From Hydrurus foetidus (Eukaryota), in NCBI GenBank assembly GCA_900617105.1, contig UYFQ01000530.1, positions 62,001 to 109,280 of the forward strand: a DNA stretch of 47,280 nucleotides, read 5' to 3'. This document shows, piece by piece, positions 1-13,900 of this stretch. Positions within the stretch are counted from its first letter, which is position 1. Every line of letters begins with the position of its first letter. The translations under genes were made by a program, and so were the position numbers. The notes beneath the pieces were generated by a model, which was not told where the DNA came from, did not search any database, and saw nothing but the letters and a program-made list of their open reading frames with translations.

Positions 1-3000
1 GTCCTCTGATATTTTTTTGAATGATCACTGCTGCTGCGGTTTGGAGTAGAAAGATGCGGTACGTATGTCTCACACAGTACCCCTTCCACACCCGCTGAAT
101 ATGAAGCGCACACTCCACAGCACGTACGTGTGAGAGGTACGTCATTCTACCCTTCCACCCCCTAAATGCCCGTTGAATAATTCTTACAGGTTTAACACAT
201 CGCATTATCCGTATGATATTTCCAGCCCGGTAGACACGGTACGCCCGTTGAATTACTGTCACCGCACTGTGCAGTCTTTGCAATCTCCTGTTGTTCCTCC
301 TGAGGCGCCACGACATATACTCCCTCGCTTCCAAACGGTCACATCCATGTGACCTAGACCTTGGACCCTCCTTCTGGAATCTGGCTGATGAGGGATCTGT
401 TTCAACTGTAGTGGATTTCATCTTTTTCTTTGCTGTGTTTTGTCTGCCTTTAGGTTTCAACTGCACTGTTGCTACTGCTGCTGAGTAGTCTGTCCATGAT
501 TGATTGTTCATTTCTGTGTTGTTCGTGGGTGTCATCTGATGGGTGTTCTCCTGAGACGGTAGAGACGGTGAAGCTCTCTGGTACGCAGACATAGAGGAGG
601 ATGAGGTGGGGAAAGAGGGTGTAGAAGAAGAGGAGGGGAAGGGGGAGAAGGAGGGGTGTGCTGTAGCCGATGTGGGAGATATCGGAACAACCGATTGCAA
701 TGATGATGGATGGGAGCGACTGGTTGACTGAGAGATAAGCTGCGAAGCAACGACTAATGTTGATGTTGCAGCAGACATATTGTCCAAGTACCCATTCTCT
801 TCAATAGCATTGCTCACTTCACCTTGCACCCCTTCCTCCTCCCTCTCCCATTCCCTTTTGCTCTTTTCATCCAAGTCTGCTTCAATCGAGCTATCTACTG
901 CTGAAGCTGTTGGAAAGGAAATATCATTTTTCTCAAAATATCCGGATAGAATTTGTTCTAACAAATTTTGTGACGATTTTTTGCACTCTTGAAACAATTC
1001 GTGTCCAGATTTCATCCAAATTACACACGTACTAGTTGGGTCTTTTAAAGCCTTGTAAATACTACGTACTTCAATACCTCGAAGATGTACGAGTGCGTGC
1101 GCGTGAAACGGTCTAACTAAAACATCCTGCGTGCTTTGTACACAAATAAGAGGTACATTCACTTTTTTCAATAACATACGTACATCGACAGAATGCAGAA
1201 CACCTTTGCATAGACCGATTCTTCCCATGAGTGTGATAGGATTTGTCACAGCAGTATACAGATTTAGTGCGAGAGGAACGGATATTCGGGATAAATACTC
1301 CTTGGAAAATAAAAATCGTGTGTAAAAATATACCGGGAGGTCCGGCCTATTTATCGGAGTACGGTTAAATGCGTTGATACAATCCATCATTGTCCCTGCA
1401 AGATGGGGGTCTGGATAAACCCATCCATTAACGGACAGGATTCCCCTCATATTTGGAACTTGGTAGTGCGCCGCATAATAAGAGATGATACTCATACCAT
1501 TTCCCAGTCCCATACAATAGAATGGCCTTGAGGTATCAAAATCGTACGTTCCCTTCTCTCCGACCTGATTCAGCAGTACATGTAGACATGACGCGTGATA
1601 GTCATTATTGAGCACTTGTCCCTCTCTCCACTCTGTATTCGCTTGTCCCGGATAGTTCCACAATAGCACTTGAAGACCGCTACACTTTGCCACGATAATA
1701 CTAAAATATATCAACAGTCTCTCAGATGTCTCAAATAAATCGTTGCAAACCACTAAATTGAAGTAAGCTTTATTCTGATTCCTCACAGTAGTGTTTCTAG
1801 ATGAATCCATGATGCTATACGGTATTCTCGTATCAGCATCTATTTGTACAAATCCGTTAATAACAGAATCCGTATCTGAGTTAGACCCCCTCAGTGCCAT
1901 GGACTGGGCTACCGCAGCGGAGGAATTGGCAGTGTTTTTTACTACCCCTAAAGGACCTAATTTGAAGGTCTTAGCGGTTGATACGTGTTGCAGTGTGTGG
2001 ACAATATTTATATAAGCAGAAGATGCAGAAGAGGGAGTGCTAGAGGGAGAAGAGCCAGTGGTGGAGATGAAAGAAGAAGAGGTAGAGACAGATGTAGAGG
2101 TGAAGGAGGTAGAGGTGGAGGGAGAGGTGGTATTGAGTAGAGGAGTTCTAGGAGTTGAAGTTGAAGTAGAAGAGTGCAAGTGCGTCAGTGGCGTGAGATG
2201 TGTCGGAACAGCTGTTCTTAGGAGAGAGAGCAGAACACCTTCATCGATAGGATACGTCACACACCCATCCACATCAGCTGCTAGCAGTGACTCAGTGTTA
2301 CACTCAGGCACCTCGCAGAAGCATAAAATAGCGTGTCTTTTGATTAGACGATGTACGCTTCTCCCACTGACCGTACGTTCTGCTGATATCATCCTTCTGT
2401 TCTTTCTTTCAATTTCACGTACACACTCTGTTATTTTAAAAGCATTCCCTGAGGGAAGAGACCTTTGTACTATAACGCAGTCAAAATAATTTGCAGTGTG
2501 TATCACTTCGTCTTTCCTAATTTCAGGACCAAAGATGGAGTGGGCCTAGTGATGTCATGCACAGTAAAGGGACAGCGTGCATGTAAGCACGAATAGAGAA
2601 ATTGGAAAAGAGAGGATGAGTAAGAGGAAGAGGAAGAGGAAAGAAAACGAGAGGAGAGTTGAGAAAAGTAAAGAAGAAAGAAGTGGAAGAAAAAAACGGA
2701 GAGAAGAAGAACAAGAGAAGAGGTGAGGAGGAAAAAATTAAAAGACAACATTAATTTCCTGCACAACAATCAATCCCTGCATTACGCGTACTTACGTACC
2801 GATTGAGATGCACGTACGGTCTCTGCTCCTCCTTCTCTCTCTCCTTTGAATGCCGCTGAGAAAGCGTTGATAGCTTCAGTTCCATCTCTCACCCACAACA
2901 CATCATATCCAGCCTGATGGAAACAGTGTCATAGTGAGAGTCAAAGACGAATCACTTGATGTGGATTCTCAACAGAATGAGTTTGTCGAAGCTCAAATCT

Positions 3001-5309
3001 GACTGTATGAATGATGTCAGTGGAAGACCTATGAAGGAGTTCACACTCGTACTCCTTTACACAACGTGCGTACTCACCCTTTCGAGAACATCCACTACAT
3101 CTCTGGCTTGCGCGTTAGCCGCACATGCGAACAGAATGTGGCCGTGATACCGGCCATCAGACACTGCTTTCTCCGGTCCATTAGAAATAGAGGTAGAGAG
3201 GGAAGATAGTACAGTAGAGCGGAAGTCACCAGCTGATTTCGAGTGCCTTGTGTTACCCTCCTTGTGTCTTTCCTCTATACCCACCCTCGTCAACAAAGCC
3301 CTACCAGACCCTGGATCTGATTCCACTCTGGAATTGGTTCTAGGCCCACTCAGTCCCCCAAATTCAACATGCGCTCCATTACAACAAACAGAAATATCTT
3401 TAGCAACCGGATGGAGTCTGGCCAATTGTTTGCGTGTTGATAGTACTGGATTTGAACTTTTTCTGGACGATGCCTTTTGGCTTGATTGCGTGAGTATGTC
3501 AGATCCGTTTCTCAAATATTCATCAAGTCGTAAGAAATGCGGAGGGAGTGTGACATCCGCTCCTACAGTACTTGAGCTATCTTTGACTGAATCAGCATCT
3601 AATTTACTTATCAGAGATTTTTCCAAGCACATACCTGTGGATGCTCTCCGTATTCCCTCCACGCTGTTTTTGTTATTGTTACCATGAGCACCTTGCACAA
3701 CACTCCCTACAGACTGGTCTACCATGAATCGATTTTCACTCTCAGCGAGAGTTAGTGAGTTGGTGCGGTCCCCATCCCCGGGCCCCGGCCCCGTCCCCGT
3801 TCTGACCCGCATTCTCGAATTCACCGCTGTAGCCACGTACCTCACTGCAGAATTCATGCGCAACTCAGCTACTCCTTCACCCACCTTATCTCCATTGCTG
3901 CCACTTCTGATAGGTGCGGTGAGATTAAAATTCATATAAGGATAGTTCTCTGGAGGTGAAGGTGTTGGGAAAGAGCTATGTCTGTTAGCATTTCTGGCAC
4001 TCTTAGCTCGAGTCCTCTCTCCGTCCTTCAGTCTAACAGACGCCCGAGATATCTTGGGTGTCGATTTGTCTACATGGAGTCAAGTTATGCGGTAGCAGTT
4101 ACATCTAAGATGTGAAGGTGGTGACTAGGTACAATTCAAAGCAATCTTGGTTAGTACAATGCAACACTGCACAACACTATGCTGTGCTGTGATGTGCTGC
4201 ATTAACATATACAACTTACCACACCACAAGATGCCACAGAAGAATTTGATAGTGCGCAACACAACGTACAACTCGTAGCACATTTCGACAAGCCAGCTAC
4301 AGATTGGTACCCAGTCAACAACACTACAGCACAGCATAACAGACACGCAGTCTAGGCGATTTAGGGGAGATAGAGAGGTCGAGAAATGCAAACAGTCAGA
4401 CAAACACTACCACAGTCGCTCTCTGAGCGAGAGCTTTGGTCAGCAAATTTTATAGAAGAATACGGCCAAAATGCAGCAGATACATACCGTGCTTATCGGC
4501 ATCACAACAACACACAACTGTAGCTATTACTTTGATATTAGTATCATACCTTTAAGAAGTCCAAATATCACGCAATCAAATAGAGAAGTATCACGAACTA
4601 TTCTTGCTGATCCTGTCCACAACATCCAGAGCTGAGACTTTCTGTCGATTACGTAGTCAATGCTGAGCGATACGATACGGATGCGTCTGGTTCGTTCCAG
4701 ATACCGTACGGCTGTGCTTGTTGCCTGTTTCGTGACGTCATTTATCGCTGTTGCCTTAGACTTTTTTGATGACGTACTTCCTTCTGCAGTATGATCCTTG
4801 ATACCGTTATTATTGTTCTCGAAGTACAGTGGATATGAATGAGTTGAGATCGCACATCTCCCCTCTCTGTCTATTATTTCATAGCTGCTCCTGTAGGCCA
4901 GATTGTTGCTACTTCTCACAAAGCAGTGCATCGACACGAGCGTTTCATCTCCCCACGGATTGCCGCTGATGATTTCATGCCATGTGGCTGTACTCATGAA
5001 CTTCGTAGTCCCATTGTTGTAACGCAGTACGGCTATGTAGGATGAGTTATTCTGAGCGCTGATACGGAGCCATCTCTGTGATAGGGCAATCGTATCCACC
5101 TCCCGCTTCCTCAGTACTTCGCCTGTCTTGCCAGTCATGTACCAACGAGGAATACAATCGTGGTCGCGGACAACTGCATCTGCCAAGCCTATGCGACATT
5201 TATCTTCCGAATTGTTATTCCAGAGATAGTCAATGACCTGATTTGAAGTCAGAGTAGCAATGCTACATGCTGCTTCGTCGTTCTCACTCTGCATTTCAGC
5301 CTTCGACAA
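1..5309 (-). CDS. Multi-exon gene, 3' end outside the window: N-terminal domain of unknown function + receiver-like (CheY-fold) domain + alpha/beta-hydrolase-fold domain + IQ calmodulin-binding repeats
   Basis: ORFs 4527-5309 and 3057-3935, a small exon at ~2913-2800 (AGYDVLWVRDGTEAINAF; AG/GT borders), and a long open exon from 2545 to position 1 that the ORF track misses because it has no stop in the window. It translates to ...DCVIVQRSLPSGNAFKIT... (receiver-like), ...VLLWNYPGQA...CMGLGNG...VPLICVQSTQDVLV...GHELFQE (hydrolase fold), then IQRAYRVY, IQRAFRGW, IQRVWKGY and IQKNIRG. The start codon is uncertain. Confidence 0.8.
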
Positions 5310-6417
5310 CTATAGCTTCTCTCAGCATTTTGCGCTGAATTTCCCCCTCGAGTAACGATAGAATCTGGAGCACCATAAGCTCATTCCACTCTATGTATCC
5401 AACAGTGGATGATGTTTGGTGTTCAATGATAATGGGCTGATGCTTTTCAAAATCCATCTTACAAAATTAGATGCCGATTACTACATGTCGAATCTCCTCA
5501 ACAGTCCATCTATGAGTGGTTTCGCACGGAAAGCAGGTCGTTCCTGTATATTCACACTTTGCTTGAGAGTGCAGAGGTAGCTAATCCATGGACAGTGGCA
5601 GATAAATGCGACTATTGCCACTCTATCATCTATATACCCATATGCTGCTGTAAATTCTTCGAGGAATTATTCAGTGATTCCTGGTGTTGCATGAAAGTTC
5701 AGGATGTCAGCTTGTTAACCCTCCCTCCATCTCTCTCCACTGAACACTATACGTACGGGACCAGAGCATGAAGTAACAAATAACTATGCCGTGACCCACC
5801 AGAAATTTCTGAAGCCACCAGGTATTGTCAGCTCTCTCGGAGCTGCGGACGACGGCTAAATAGGAGGTAAGAGGAGTTGAGCTGCAGTGAAATAATAAAA
5901 GGAAAGCATCGCTTATATTTCGCCAGAAGCATGCTCAAATCATAGTCTATGTGAGAAAATTATATCTGACACCTCTAAGTCGGGGGTCGTTTTATATCCG
6001 TGGTTGTCGTTACTGAGTCAAGTAGGATAAATAAGGATATGCACGAAGTAAGGAACACTCAAATATTTCGTGACTGTGAAAGAAAACCACGGGCTTTGCA
6101 TTTTCAGATGCTGTACACATACCATATATTTTTGAATTCAGTATTGGTTATTCAACACAAGACTAGATTACTTCAACTTCTTCAGAATTCGGAATCATGA
6201 TGGTGTGCGTGAAACCGTGAAATCTCCGGGACCCAGAACTCGAAGTTCAATCTGAAAACCGGATAATTTGATTCCAGATTGTTGAAGACAAACGCCTCCC
6301 CCACGCGCCGCTTACGTTCGGAGTTCAGAGCCCACTGCCACAGACAGCAGCTTCTCCTCAATGGTCATCATTTCTCAATTGTCAATCGGATGATTAACAA
6401 CCGAACCTGTCATCGCA

Positions 6418-8947
6418 ATGCTGACTGACAACGAATTTGACAATGTGGTCGACCAATTTCCTGATATTGAATTCGGATTTGCCTACGGTTCTGGTGTTGT
6501 CAAACAAGATGGCTACAAGTACACTGGTGAACCAAAAGCTGGGGGCATCCCAGCACCTGAAGAGAAAGTACAAACTGCAGAACTTCCTATGGTGGATATG
6601 ATTTTCGCGGTGGATGATCCTGAGATTTGGCATGCAAAAAACATGATGCTCAATCCAGCACACTACAGTCCAGTGATCGAAGTATCACCCCAAACACTGA
6701 CTCACATACAAGACTCTTATGGCGCTGGCATGTGGTATAATGCTATGATTTCTATGAATCTTAAAAGATTCCCAAATAGGCTAATGAAGTACGGTGTCAT
6801 TGGCCGTGAAAGGTATATCCGAAACAGCTTCCTTGAACGAATACTGCCTCAGCGAAATGAGTTGCATTTTCCCACTCAATTTCACAAAGGACTATGTGAT
6901 TAATAATCTCGATATTGTAAAAGAAGAGAGCAGTCACAGTGCATTTTTGCAGCCACGTTCTTATGAGTATCCGTTTTACTGCAGGCTCATTTCTGACCTA
7001 TCAGAATGGACTACTTTATATGCTGCCGGTCGACTCCAAAAACCCGTTCGAGTGATTAAAGCAGGTGTCAATGAGGAATTCAACAACGCGCTCGAGACAA
7101 ATAGAAGGCACGCTCTTAGGATTGCGCTGTTACTTATGCCGATGGAATTTGAGGAAATTAGTCTGTTTCAGACAATAGCATCGCTGTCTTACGTAGGTAA
7201 GGGGACTTGTCTATGATTCCTAGTCTTTCACGCTTGGTTCCACAGCAGAATGCGACGACAAAATTATAAGGACGCTGCAGTAGCAGTAGTGTACGACTGC
7301 AATCATTCGTGATGATTAAGAACTGATTAGTCCTATTGAAAACTGACTAACTTGTAGGCGACCCAAGAATGATTTTCGGTGAGAACCCAAAAAAGGTATG
7401 TAATTGGACTGAATTGAAGAGAAGTGCGTTTTGCTGCATAGAATTTCTTATTATTTCACTGAATTGCACAGTGCTGTGAGAATCGTGTTATGCTGAATTG
7501 TTCTGCGTTGTTGTGCTCTCTACTTGCTGTTCTGTTCTGTTCTGTTCTGTACCTCGAATGATGACCAATGTAATCCATTTTTTCTAACAACATGACTCAT
7601 CATTTACTCTGCATAAATAGAATTGAAAGCATTGAGCATCAGAACACATTACACAAGCTCATTCCTTCTAACGGCACATCACTCCACAGCTGATAAACCT
7701 CGTGAAGCCCGTGGTGTCCCAGTACCGCTACCTGTACAAAGACTTCATCAATGAAGCGGAACACGAGTTCGGTCTTCGGTCAGAGCTCAAACACGGAACA
7801 CGGATATTCTATCAGGTTCGAAAATCACTGAGTTGTTCCTGTAGTGTAGTGCGTTCAAACGAATGATTTGCCCGCATGCACACACTCTCTCTGTCACACG
7901 CACGCACGCACACTAACTTTCTTTCTTTCTGACTGTCTTTCATCCTTTCTTCCTTCTTCTCACGCACATACACACACTCTAACTCACACGCACGCACCTG
8001 CTCTCCACCATTCCGTCAAATCGCTTCACAGAATGACACGCATGCGGCACGATGGCGGCTCATTCTAAGCCTACCTGAATCATTTCGCAAGAAATTCTTC
8101 GACGTGTACGTACTAAAGTTATTATTCAGTTCTAACTTAATCGGAATAGTGCTCATAATATACTGCCCCTTGAAGATATCAATACTGAATTTATACTGGA
8201 TTTGTGTGCTGCGTCATAGCCTCTCACTATAACCTCATTCAAAGCCATTCAGTCTCTTATGTCTATTTATCGCTGCGTAACGACATTTGCTCTCTCTGCC
8301 ATCTCATCTGTCTACCTTTCTACATCAGGTCCAATCTGCCTGTCTTGAATACTATTGCGTAAACATTATTTTACTTCGAAATCATTCTTTTTTTCTGATT
8401 TAGCGGGAAACTCCGGTTAAAGGGGGGTAACCCGGCCAAGGCCCCCTTGATCCGAACAGCTCTAGCAGCCATCGTTGTGAGGTATCTACCTATCTCTTGA
8501 CAAAGTGGTGTGATGAGCGATGGAACGTAATTTATTGGACTGAGATTAAATCGATGTGTAATGACGTGAAGAGAAATTAAATGAGATGCAATGAGATGGA
8601 AGAAGTTGCGATGCGATGTGATGCGAAGCAATGAGATATTGGACCTCATATCTATATTAACCTTTATCTGCAACTGATCTAGATACCATTCACTCTTTAC
8701 ATTACATCTCACTCCCCTTCTACACCTCTCGCTTATCCCCTCTCACTACATTACATCTCACTGCCCTTCTCCTTCTCTCGCTTATCCTCTCTCATTACCC
8801 CTTTCCCTCTTTCTCAGAGCTGCCAGCACTCAGTCTCTCAAGGGCATGTTCACAGTGGGTCTCGCCAAGGGAAGTACGTACATCCTCTCGAAAGTCGCGA
8901 AGAAACTCATACCCTTTGGGGGGTCGCAATTGAGTCCAGGAGTGTAG
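6418..8947 (+). CDS. TAM41: Mitochondrial phosphatidate cytidylyltransferase Tam41/Mmp37 (about 7 exons)
   Basis: Family motifs FAYGSGV, MVDMIFAVDDPEIWHAKNM..NP.HYS, MKYGVI, DLSEWTTLYAAGRLQKPV, IASLSYVGDPRM.FGENPKK and a final exon STQSLKGMFTVGLAKG. GT-AG introns are visible (for example ~6812-6984 and ~7197-7357). Stop TAG at 8945-8947. Confidence 0.93.
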
Positions 8948-9650
8948 CACCCTTTATAAGGAATCTTGTACTATTTATGATTAAGGCTAAGTCAGTGGAG
9001 AGCGAGGAATCTCTAAATGTACGTACGACTGATGGTGGAGGAGAGAAGAGAGATAAATAAAAGAGATGAGAGGAGATACGAAGGGATTAGGAGAGATAGG
9101 TTAAGATGTGATGTGATTTAATGGGACAGGAGGGGGATCAGCAGAGAGAGATCGCTGTCAGGGTGTTTATAGTCGACGGCATCAATTAGCTAGCCCAATA
9201 CAATGTCGAGCAGTTCTGTCCTGCTCTACCTGATGAGAGAGGTAAAGTAATGTAGTATAGCACTAAAGAGATAGGAGAAAGAGGGAGCTGCAATTCTACC
9301 AAGGAAGGAAATGAAAGAAGGGAGGTTGAGGGTTGAGGGTTAGATGTGGCCCTCCCTTTGCTCCTTGCAACTTTTTAACTATTTTAGGCTTACTTTTAAA
9401 ATGGGATGATTCATCTCGTATAGATATTTATCATACTGCACTGCACTGCACTATTCTCTACTGTACTGTATAGGCACACACTCTGCTCTGCCCTAGGATT
9501 GTATACTATACTGTACCATACTGTACTGCACTGATCAGCAATTCACACACGGATGGATAAACACTTTTACGTACTGTAACTAATTGTAATATTTATTGTC
9601 GATGAAAATCTTGATAAATTTCTAATACTACCGGGAAATTTTGTGATGTA

Positions 9651-10365
9651 CCCAGTGCTGTCAAAAAGTCCGCACGGTTACTTTAGCCCCGATAACTCCA
9701 TGGATAAATTTCAAAAAACACTTTGGAAAATTGCTTTCATGTAATTTGATAGTGCTTTCCGTGAATTCGAAATAAAAAAAGTCCAAAAATAATTTTATTT
9801 CACTGACGTTTCCTCACCTCAATATTCGCTTTTCCCAAATTTGATCAAACCTGTTTTTAGAAAAAGATAGGGTATTCATCATGTCAAGAATACTTAACTT
9901 AGTATGGAACCGCGAGGGTTTGACTTCAAGGGGAGGATTTTTCGAGATACAATGACTTCAGTCGTAAATCGAGGTATTTTTACGGTTTGGGTGTGATTTT
10001 TCACCGATTCCGTGGGGAAACACCTCGATTTACGACTGAAGTCATTGTATCTCGAAAAATCCTCCCCTTGAAGTCAAACCCTCGCGGTTCCATACTAAGT
10101 TAAGTATTCTTGACATGATGAATATCCTATCTTTTTCTAAAAACAGGTTTGATCAAATTTGGGAAAAGCAAATATTGAGGTGAGGAAACGTCAGTGGAAT
10201 AAAATTATTTTTGGACTTTTTTTATTTCGAATTCACGGAAAGCACTATCAAATTACATGGAAGCAATTTTCCAAAGTGTTTTTTGAAATTTATCCATGGA
10301 GTTATCGGGGCTAAAGTAACCGTGCGGACTTTTTGACATCATGCGGACTTTTTGACAGCACTGGG
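9651..10365. mobile_element. Non-autonomous fold-back DNA transposon (MITE) with ~325-bp TIRs and a TA duplication
   Basis: 9651-9975 is almost the exact reverse complement of 10022-10365, with a 46-bp spacer. Ends are TA|CCCAGTGCTG...CAGCACTGGG|TA. The right arm carries an extra ~20-bp duplication (GCGGACTTTTTGACA twice). No convincing ORF. Confidence 0.88.
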
Positions 10366-10943
10366 TACTTGAAACTGCTAAAATTCTACCTTATCTACAT
10401 TTTTTGCAAAGACGTCTCTAACTCTGGTATTGAATGGAAGGACGGGCATTTTATCCATGGGGTCGGAGGACTTACTCTCTGTTCAATTGTTCTGCAGGAA
10501 AGAAATACTAAAACTCTTGTGATGAATTCCGTTGGAATGATACCAAACAACGTTAGGGATTTTCTGTACGTACAGTGCATACGTGTGATATGTCGATACC
10601 AGTGATCCTGATAAATAAACATACGTGTAGATGTGCGTACGTCACGTCACATGAGATCTGTAATACGTAATACAGTAACTGACGAGAATGAATCCGAATG
10701 ACGTCATTTGTTCTGAATCAGAAGAGATTTTCCGAACGATAAATTCTTAATAACGTTGTTCAGTCGTACAAATTACGTACATTATCTATGAATACTAGAG
10801 GCGCATACAAATTTAAAAAAGCAAGTGAACAATGTCGATCTCTATGTATGCATAGAAACAATTGTTATTCCATGCGTCAGTCAGAACAATTCCGAAGGAA
10901 CAATAAAAAGAAGGGAAGTCCCCTACTACCAACTAACCAGAAA

Positions 10944-13900
10944 TCAAAAGTTGCCACCGGACCCTTGCAGACCAACATCAGCAGATGGAAGGGAGAAAGA
11001 CAGAGCGTGGATCTTGTCATCCCTACATCCTATGAAAAGTCGACCTTCATCACTATCTTTATTTTTAGTGTCAGTACGAACGTGCACGGGGGAAGAATAT
11101 ATTTCACCGCTGAATCGAATCTGACCCAAGATCCGCCCCCCTCCCTCTCCCTGAGAAGCAGAAGAAGCTGAGACTGTTCGTTTGGGGGATACATCAGGAG
11201 CAGTTTCATGTTCATCGGATGTGCAGTCTATGAGAAACAGTCTACCAGCAGTTGTAGCAGCCGCTATGACACCTCCGCCTACATTACAGGGAGATGAGAA
11301 TATCACAGATCCTAGATCAACCCCCCACAGCAGATCACCTTGGCCGGACACCCCTCTTAAATAGCCGTCATGCGACCCAAACACTACGTTAAAATCGATG
11401 TGTGGCGGAAAATCAGGAGGGAAGCTTGTTCCATCTTTTCCCCCAGGGGTGGTAATTCTTGGAATGTCAGAGGTGTGCGCACTGATGTACGTACAGTCAG
11501 CAGCAGTAGCAGTGCCGTAGACCGAATACCCATAGAAAAGCTTTGTTATAGAGGTACTGGTTGTGTGTATCGCACACACAGATCCGAAGATCGGTTTGGA
11601 TGCGAAGGAAACTCTCCACAACTCCACACCAATACCAACACCCACTCCTGTCCCTTTCTTTCTCTCTCCCTCCCCCGCTACTCTCACACCAACACCAGCG
11701 CCTACACCCACGCCAGTACCAATATTCCTCCTCCTTTGACTGTCAGTGTACTCCAGTGGCGTTGAGATAGACAGACATCTCAGCGTGCCGTCTACCACAC
11801 CAACCACCAACACATCCCTTCGCCATACCTCACCTACAACTGACCCATTCTCTTGTGAAGAAGATGAAGATAAAATTGAAGATGAACGTACAGCTGTTGT
11901 ACTTACGACCAATGGTGTTCCGAATATTGGAGCAAGTGCGTCATAGGTCCAGATCTTCGAGAAGCTTCTTCCCTCCGAATACGCACTATCGACTCTTCCC
12001 CCTTGAGGGAAAGCAGAAGAGGAGGAGGAGGAGGAGGGAGAGGGAGAAGAAGAAGAGGGATAGGAGAAGGTATGCAGCGTACCACGTGTGGTGCATACGA
12101 ATGCAAGCGTCGAAGTTGAAGTTGAAGAGTGGGGAGGGTTTTCTTGAGAACTGGAGATACTGTTCATAGACGCGACATCTCTCTCCTCTCCTGTGCTCAT
12201 GCCAGCTCCGTCATGCCCATTCATCGTATCACCTATCGCACCATCACCACCCACACTTGCACTCACTGCACGTACTTGCAGAACAGATGTGGGTGCATTC
12301 CTGACAACATCTCTACACTGTAACTCGCGTGGATCCTGGATCTCTAATTCCCAAGTTACACAGGACAGTACGGGAGCTGCATAAATAGACCCATCACAAT
12401 CTATACGGTCCAAAACCCGACCAGTGCTCTGATTGAGAACGTACAGATGACCATCGTAAGTACCGATCAAGATTACTCCCCGTGTGTGATCGACTGTAGT
12501 ATTAATATTAATTGTTGTGGAAGATGAGGTCGAATAATGATAATGGAGATGAAGTGGTATGCATTGTGCTAAGTACACTATATTAGTCATGTATAGTCGA
12601 TCTTTAATTAATGAGGTTCTTCAATAGCATCTGTAGTACTGTATAATAATCCAATTGAACCAATATGTAAATGACAGCAACAGAAATTGGGCTATTATTG
12701 CGAGAATTCATTGGCCAAATATCATGTGATTGATGGTGATGAACTGAACATCATCATATGAAGGAGGTAAAGAGGAACAACATCAATGTTCATCAGGGCA
12801 ATACAGTGCATAATTAAAATACAATGTATTAACAATACAAAAGAAAAAAAACTAAATAACATTATTATTATCAACAATATCGACAAATTTTTAAACATAC
12901 CTGCTGGCGTGCTTTTGATTTCTCCTTCTAGGAGAGTGGACCAAATAACTTCACCGCTAGAAGATTCAATCGCAAATAGCTTTCCTCTATTCTCTACTTC
13001 AACTTCAACTTCAAATTCAAGTTCGATTTGTTCTTCTTCCTCCTTAACACTCATATCTAGTAATGAAGAAGAAAGTGACATCATCATAATATGAGATCAA
13101 AGGACACAGAATTAAATGGAATCAAATAGAATAAATAAGTTTGTGAAAAAATTGGAGTAATCGCTAATTTTGTAGCCGTACACACTCACCGCTCTCCCTC
13201 TCATCTAGCCGTATTTCCGGCCCGTCTACGTCCTCCCCCCTAAAGCACCCGACATACAAAACACAGCCTGTCACATTGCATGAGGCGGACCCCTCCACAT
13301 GCACCCTCACCCGTCCCGTCCTTTTACCCCCCATCCCTTGCTGGGTGGTCCTGTTCCGGCCGAGCCCCTCCACACTGGATGCTTGTACATCTCTATCAGA
13401 GATGGACTCCTTATCTTTCTCCTCTCCGATACGGTTCTCAAAACTCTTAGTAGACCCTGGATTCGATTCCAACATTGATGTACACTCTGACGTTGTGTAG
13501 AATCTGGATTCTAGATCCACAGTCCAGATCACATTGCCAGTATCAGCACACACAGCGGAGAAGTCTCCACCATGCGAACCGATGTACACCACACTGACCG
13601 GACCTTGTACTTCAACTTCTCTAGATTCCTGAATATTGTCCTCTCTTCTGTCTTTACCATCTATTTCATCTCCCCTGTTTTTATCCTTTTCTTTGTTTAC
13701 TTGATAGTGCCGCACAATAACAAGGGGAGAAGAGTCAATGCATTTCTTCATGGGAGAAGTCCATGTCTGTTCTATAGCAACACTGTGCTGCAATCCATCC
13801 ACTGAGTTCTCTCTTGATCTCTCCAGTCCACCCAATCTGTCTGGCACTACATTCCTTCCTTCTGATTCCCCTACCAGACTATTCGAATTGGTGAGACATT

